The notes below the pieces were generated by a model. That model saw only the letters and a program-made list of their open reading frames with translations. It had not been told where the DNA came from and did no database searches. A stretch of 64,000 bases of DNA, taken from positions 5,396,001-5,460,000 of the forward strand of contig OZ249436.1 of the NCBI GenBank assembly GCA_965235115.1, given 5' to 3'. The stretch is from Laetmonice hystrix (taxonomy: Eukaryota). Of the stretch, positions 56,495-64,000 are shown piece after piece (the first letter of the stretch is position 1; every line of letters starts with the position of its first letter). A program made the position numbers and the translations under genes.

Positions 56495-56755
56495 AGCTCA
56501 GTTCGTCAGACCATAGGCCTAGATCTAGTGCTCAGTTTGTCAGACCAGAGAGCTCAGTTTGTCAGCCCATAGAGCTCAGTTTGTCAGCCCATAGAGCTCA
56601 GTTTGTCAGACCGTCCATAGAGCTCAGTTTGTCAGACCATAGAGCTCAGTTTGTCAGACTGTCCATAGAGCTCAGTTTGTCAGACCGTCCATAGAGCTCA
56701 GTTTGGCAGACCATCCATAGAGCTCAGTTTCTTAGACCAGAGAGCTCAGTTTGTT
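56495..56755. repeat. ~20-24-bp minisatellite inside the large element
   Basis: agagctcagtttgtcagaccat variants. Confidence 0.9.
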
Positions 56756-56788
56756 CATTCCGATCTTGTTCGTCTGGGATGCGCTTTA

Positions 56789-57195
56789 AGCCGGCCTCAG
56801 GTCGCCCTGCGATTCCTTGCGCTGCGACGGAACCGTCAGCAATTGACGTGAATTTCATGCTCATGTCGCCTGTGAGGAGATCGGGTACACCTTCCTGCGA
56901 CTGTCAGCATCTTGTCGCCGATCAATTACAACCACGCTCAGGTCGACTGCGCTCGATCGCCGACTGGTAGGCCTATAATCTTGTTCCGTCGCGGCGTAGA
57001 AGTTGAACAATTTCTACTTCTACGACGGCTGATCTTCTCGGTCGACGACGGTCGCCGCGCCGGCGCAACCACACTCATGTTACCCTTGGTCGACGACTGA
57101 TTCGTCGTGGATCGTCGTGGCTCAGTCGTGGGTTGTCGCCAAATAGGCAGTCGCCGACTGATCCGGCGCGGCGCAAGGGCGACCTGAGGCCGGCT
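56789..57195. mobile_element. PIF/Harbinger-type MITE nested in the large element
   Basis: 20-bp perfect TIR agccggcctcaggtcgccct / agggcgacctgaggccggct, TTA TSD on both sides. Confidence 0.88.
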
Positions 57196-60100
57196 TTACT
57201 GCTTTGAGCTTTGCCACATCCCTCATGATGGCTGCGTGATTTTGCTCCAGACTTTCTGTAAGATCAGTATGCTGAAATCGGAAAATGTATAGAAATAAAC
57301 ATTGTAGTGCAGCCATTAGAGTTGATATTGAAAAACTTTGGATATTTGTTATTATTACAACACTGCACAGTGGCAATTTCCAGAGTTTTGTATATTAATG
57401 CCTTTATGTATGGCTCAGGTCGGCAACCTCTGGACAATTCTAATGATTGGCCATTTCCAATTCTACATAGTTTATTAGTACCACTGGATCTTCAACCTTT
57501 GCATGTTGAGATCTAATTAATTTTCCTATACTAATAGCAATGAGTGATATATAGAAAAATACCTGAAGTGTTTGTTCCGTCACGTTGCTTAGCCTGGGAG
57601 GTTGCAGAGCTGCATCATTAGTTGAGACTTCAAATGTTGGAGTAGATGTTAAAGGAAATAAAAATGATAATATTTAAACACTGCAAAAGCATTGCATTGT
57701 CAAACTGCATTATTCCTGGAAGTGGCAATATTAAGGCTTTTCGTAGACAAAGTGATTGGCCATTGCAATTCTACATAGTTTATTAGTACCACTGGATCTT
57801 CCACCTTTGCAGATCTAATTAATTTTCCTAAACCAAAGTACCTGGATATGTTCAAGGAAATACAATAATAATATTCAAACACTGCAAAAGCATTGCATTG
57901 TCAAACTGCACTATTCCTGAAAATGGCAATATTAGGGTTGTTCATATCCATCTCATTAGACTATAGTGGGGCCGTGGAAAATTTGTCATAACTTATGCGA
58001 ATCTGCGTATTACAACTGATTACAACTAGTTAAATGCACATCACTTTAAGTGTGGTTTGTAGGATAACCGGGTAAACTACCTGAGATATTGATAGAACTT
58101 TCAAATGCGGAATCGAGACGAGACCGAGAGCCCCTTTCTGACATGACTACAGTAAGTCATAATATTTTAGTATAGTATTTATAGTGGAAAGTATACTACA
58201 TCACTACACTCTTAAGACACGTACCAGCAGTGCTTTATATCTCATCCTTCCAGCTCATGGCCAAAGACAGTACAGCTCCACTGAAAGTCCCAAGAAAAGA
58301 GAAAAGTTTATTAGAAAGTTATCAAACACATCCAAACAAAAATCAGAATATTCATTAGCTATGGACTACCAGCATATAATCACACCAAGCAAAGATGCCA
58401 TGCATATTCTGTATTCTAATTGAAGACAATGCTTTGAACCCTACGAACACACACAAACTGATGCGTTGGCGTAGATTAAATATAAAATACTTCACACGTG
58501 GCATGATGTGCTGACATGTCAAACATCAGGGTTACAGTACCCTGACCTAGTCCCGGCCTGGTATCTTATTTCTCCACACTCTAAGTAGGTTAATTCCTAT
58601 TTTTATGGCCCGCCAACATCCCATAATGATATCTGCGGTCTCACCCTCTCATTCAGTGTAAGGAACTTTGGGCATATGAGCAAGAATGAGGTCAAACCAA
58701 CGAGTATAGACTATACTACCTACATGTACTTCCACACACAAATCTACATATATAATATGTAGACCTTGAAAGTGAAAGAGACTAGGCCTATTATAATAAT
58801 TACAAAATTGGAACAATATCCAATCAATCCTGTCAAAAGTATGAATCTTTTGTTCAGAAAGGCGATATGAGACTGTTGGTTTAAAGTTCTGCATGGGACT
58901 ACATTAAAAAGGGGTGTGGGGGAAGGTCCTCTACATACACATGTATAGGCCTAAATATGTAGCCTATGTCTGTAAGATGGCATCAGAGGCGGGGCTGTTA
59001 TTGGAAGAACTATTTTAGAACATATGGAGTACTCGATCTAAAGTGGCGGGAAATAGCAACATATTAGTTTCCTTAGTTGAGGCTTTCCTAAGTTCAATAA
59101 ATGAAGCAGATCATTACAGATTACATAGCTATACTTACGTGTTTGTAGCCTGTATTGGAGGGACGTAGAATCTAGAATGATGTCTTGATGGCTGCACCCG
59201 AGCATGCAGGAGGAATTCGGTCAACTGAATTGCGCGCCAACCAGTACACGTGTGCTGAACCTGGGGTACTGCTCATGACCCCGAGGTCATATTCCCACTC
59301 CAGCGGTCGCTTGTACCTCGTTGCGTGTATTATGCTGTGTGCAGAATGCTGCACTCCAGGAAGGTCTGGGTCAGCGGGCCGCGGTATAATTTAGGCACAG
59401 GCCACATGGAATTTAAAAACGGGTGAATAACTTGATCCCAACTTTGGACGTTGGTGAGAAGGTGTCCTAGAATATGTCAGGTTCGTCTAAAACGACACCA
59501 CCGCCTATTACCCCCCCTCCCCCCCAAACACTTTTACAGCTGCGCGTGTCCTATTTAAATTGCGCCCTCAAAACAAAGTCAGATACTTTGGTTCCAAACT
59601 TGCAGGGTTTTTATTCGGGAGATACTGAGGGGTGTAACCGCAAAGATTCATAATGATCCATATTCGGGCAGAAAGACACAGCAAGCGTGGGATTTCGCTA
59701 TCAATTCCCCGGCCGACAGGCGGCCGGCTGCCGTGACCGGCAGCGTCGGAGCCCGCGTGCAGGGTGGATTCAGGTCGGGGTAGCTGTATGGGAGAATTAC
59801 GGAGGGTCCGTATTTAAAAAAAGTACTGAATCCTTTTATCCCAAACTTAAGCCATTTTACGGCAAAAGATCTTGTGAATATAAGCAAAGTTGGAGCCTAT
59901 GAAAGGGAATGAAAGGTACCCCAAATAAGCGATTAAAACAGGCAGACAGATGTATTCAAAGTTTCCTATTCCTGACAGAAGGTTGCGCCACAAGTACACT
60001 TAGCCCTAATTATTTAGGTTATTAATTAACCAGTTTTCTGTTATAATGGATTAGAAATGGAAGACTCATTGGAGATTTGGTATTCCTAGCAACGTTGAGA

Positions 60101-63100
60101 ATTTCACTAAGGTTCCTCCAACAGTAAAGTGGATAACAACTTATTTCATTTAAAAGTATAATTAATTCTTAAAGTGTATTTCTATAATAAGGATTGCGGG
60201 GTATGCGTACATAGAGAGTGACCATGCATGCCTGCATACAGGAGCAGTATGATTACTCCCCTGGCATTATCAAAAGAGCTATAGTGTTCAGATTGTGGAG
60301 TCCACCTTTTTATTCAGAATTAATTAATTAAAAATACTTTACCTAAGAAATCTGAAAGAGAATCCACTTAGAAATGTGTAGAACACCTAGGCTATAAAAA
60401 CGCCACTTTTTATAGAATTTGAACCATTTTTGACCAATTACCGCAACTTTAGGAAAGATATCACCTTTCAGTGCAACTCTCCAACAACGTCTGGGCGGGC
60501 CAGAAATGTGATCTAGTCAATTTTCTTAATTATGCATAAATTCACCTAATTATGTTAATATATCCTCCTTGCCACCTAAAGAAACGATCTGTGATGTTTT
60601 TCTAATTGTTTAAAATTGTACGGGGCCAAAACCCCTCAATTAATCACCCTGTCCCCCAGGCACTTGTGCTGCCACCTATCGGTTATCGGACGTTGTGGCC
60701 ACTTTACTATTGCTACAACATGTATAAACTTTACATTTCCCCGGATTTATTTTCAGATATCTTTTTTCACACAGTGTTTAAATGCACATATAAATCTACG
60801 GTGAGGATACCACGTGTATCTTTCGCTATGGATTTGTACAAATACAACGAATAGAGTATATTATATATCAGACCCATAGAGGAGGGTATACCTGCTGTTA
60901 GGCCGTCTACTGAGGTCAATTTGTCGACGTCCTGTTAACGTAAGACAGACGTTGCAATATGGTTGTCAACGTGGCAACTAAGATTCACCCAAAATATATG
61001 ATGTCCTGCGCCCACTGGGTATCCCCATGTATATGGGATATAGCCTTGTCACCAACATGTCACAGAAAGCTCACAGAAAGCTCACAGTGTGACCTCACAC
61101 TGTGAGAAGTTGTGACACCACTGACTACATCACCATGCACGAACTCACCATGCATGAACTCACAGCAACCTCATATTGTGACCTCTCAGGATGACCTCAC
61201 TATGAACTCAAAGACCATGATGTCAGTTAGCTAACGGATAGATCACAGTATGACCTCACAATGTGAGTTCCCTGTGTCATCATAGTGAGGTAGTTTTTCG
61301 TGAAGTCACATCATGATAGAATTGTGACATCACTGTGATGCTTTGACAAATACATCACCAACAGGTCACAGAAAGCTCACGATATGACTTCAGAACTTGG
61401 TATGGTGAGACCTCACCATAAGCTCACAGAAAGCTCACATTGTGACCTGACACTGTGAGAAGTTGTGACACCACTGACTACATCACCATGAACTCACAGC
61501 AACCTCATATTGTGACCTCTCAGGATGATCTCACTATGAACTCAAAGACCATGATGTCAGTTAGCTAACGGATAGATCACAGTATGACCTCACAATGTGA
61601 GTTCCCTGTGTCATCATAGTGAGGTAGTTTTTCGTGAAGTCACATCATGGTAAAATTGTGACATCACTGTGATGTCAGTGTTAGGTCATCTTTATGATCT
61701 CATCCTGTGACTTTCAGGTGAGCTCATTATGAGTATGGCATTAGCTCACGTCTTCACTGGGTAGGGTCTGATTGGGGCCCCAGAACGATAGCCCGATCAG
61801 TAATTAGGAGGAACGCAAGGGAATTGTCAGGGCCGCCCAGAGCCGAGTTATACACTATAATTACCCTGCCGTCAGTTCTTCGCTTCGCTGTTGGCTAAAG
61901 ATTGACCGGTTTAAAGTTAAACAAGCGTGGGAACAGTCACGACATCTGGTGACTGAGCATGGTACTGCTTCTATTGAATTCAATGTTAAATTGATAAAAT
62001 TTTGCCCATCATTTTGTCCAAAATTAGAATGGAAACTTATCATTTTTAAAGTTTATTTTCAACTCTATACCATGTTATACACACAAAATAGAATTTTGGT
62101 ATTACTTTAATTTTTTTTTCGTCTATCACGCAAGTTTCACTTTAATGTTTAATGAGGGACTATTATAGCTTCGGGGTCACCGGTCTTTTCTGCAGCCAGC
62201 AGGGAGCTAGCGGTAATGACGCGTGATCTACAGCGGAGACATAGTTTCCTTTTTTCTCTTCCGTTTTAAAAATCCTTTAGCCTAATTGAGTTTAGCTTAT
62301 CGCTCGAACTTGAAATTTTAACATGGTATCACTGTGGTTCAAAGGTAAGTATTTGAGGATTTTTTGGTGCCACTTTAAGAACGTTAAACAGCCACCCTCT
62401 AGTTTGACGATGATAGGGGTGAAAAATAAGGGGGGGGGGGACAGACTCCGAATTTGATTAGTCTGACTACCCAGAGCCAGCGTGTACCCCTGATACGGCT
62501 GGGCCTGGGGGAATTACCCCCCCCCCCCACCCCCACCCCCACCCCCTCCCGGTGCTACTGAGGACAAAATAATTTGCTTGACACAAACGTTGTTTATTCA
62601 GGTTTTTGGCGGCAGTCGGACTCTAGAACCAGCAGAAGTACCTACCAAATATCCTTCCCAGCATCTTTCTCATGTGAAATTGGCACACCAAGGACAGCAG
62701 GCGCACCAGCCTTGGCATTCACACTACAAGAATATCTACTTTAATAAACCGACTGACACAGTAGGTTCTTGTTTGCAATAGCCACAGAGGTCATAGTAGT
62801 AATTTGTGCTATTCAGCAGTTTTTTTTGGTTACATTCCTGGCCTTTACTTTATTTTCTTAGATAATCCTCACAATTATCAATTTTAATATATAAGCCTGA
62901 TAGTTTGTTCTGTTTGATCATTTAAAATATTTTCATAATGTTAGGCAGTATCCTGTTGCCTGTTGGCCTATAAGGCCCTATCTTAAGTCAATCGCTTGCG
63001 TACCATGAAAGTTATTTATAGCTTGATTCTTATCTCGATTTGTGTTTTTTTATACCGCGTAATAATGAGAAGTGCCGTTTTATTTTCTCTATCAGCCCAG

Positions 63101-64000
63101 CAGACTACACTTCCCGACATTTGAGAACAAAATGAACAACACCGAAGGAAGCGATATCAAATCAGTGCTCAAGGTGTCCGATGGCAGTGGCGCTTACGTC
63201 ACGCAGTACGCGAGAGTTCACGAGAAGCTGGGCGTTCTGCTCGGGCCGGGTGTGGGGCGCGACCTGGCGGTCAGGAAGGAGTACAATCTACTGACAGGTG
63301 TGTACTGTTACAGGTGGTAAGGGAAACGTCCCCGTATGTGGGAGCACAGCTGGTGTCGGCAGGTCATGGCGGCCATGATTCCAGCTCCGACTGGATGCTG
63401 CAGCCATCAGCAATTTTATGTGACGGCCTGGGTTGATGGATCGGTAGGGTCGCCTCGTGTCCCTCGACACCGTGCATAGAGAATGACAACATAAAAACTT
63501 CTCCTCAAGCTTTCAACAGTCCCATCTGTCCAAGTATAAATGTATTCAAGGGGAAAAGTAAAATGGAAACCAAAACTAAAAGCTCTGTAGTGCGCGGGCA
63601 TGGAGATCGAAAACACTTTTCTTATTAGACATTTATTTATAGATCGAGTCCCATTCGATACAAGTGCACTGAAAAACACTTCTGATTGAGCTGTTGCTTG
63701 TTGTGGTCGTTCTTCTTCTTCTTCAAGTGCATAAATTAATCTCTTTGTCTGATCTTTCTCAGGGGAGCAGCTGGGTCCAGCTTGGAAGGCCGAAAACAAG
63801 AGGATATCAGGCAACAGGATACTGTATAACAACTACCGGAAGGACGCTAACCAACATTTTGTTCTTGGCTAGCTGAGCTGAACGTCAAAGACCATGCAAC
63901 CTATCCTTCCAGTTGCCACAAATAATTTGGTCATTGATGAACTTCGTCAAGCGACATTGTTCACCCGTTGTCATTTAGGCCAATGCATGCCCCTCGTTTT

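Larger units (their letters stand above)
55858..61761. mobile_element. Non-autonomous CACTA/EnSpm(CMC)-like DNA transposon, ~5.9 kb
   Basis: 11-bp perfect TIR cccagtgaaga / tcttcactggg, each flanked by TA. Dense inverted subterminal GTGAG/CTCAC repeats (55870-56360; 61030-61750). No intact transposase ORF seen. Confidence 0.75.

Overview
This is eukaryotic, intron-rich and repeat-rich animal DNA. The neuropeptide sequence suggests a lophotrochozoan invertebrate (inference). Most of the window is a minus-strand RUN- and FYVE-domain gene (RUFY1/2/3 family). I reconstructed it by hand as 15 shared coding exons plus two alternative first coding exons. All junctions are GT-AG and phase-compatible, giving 659 aa or 641 aa products. 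Its 14.3-kb intron (18178-32473) contains a nested, antisense, spliced neuropeptide precursor gene: signal peptide + [11 protein letters not shown] + GKR, a corazonin/'invertebrate GnRH'-type peptide. The introns carry many unrelated minisatellites, several of which start at or include splice sites. There are also MITEs, two tRNA-derived SINE copies, a 5.9-kb CACTA/EnSpm-like non-autonomous element and some unassigned plus-strand first-exon candidates upstream of RUFY. I found no prokaryotic features and no CRISPR array. Most long ORFs in the supplied track are repeat artefacts.
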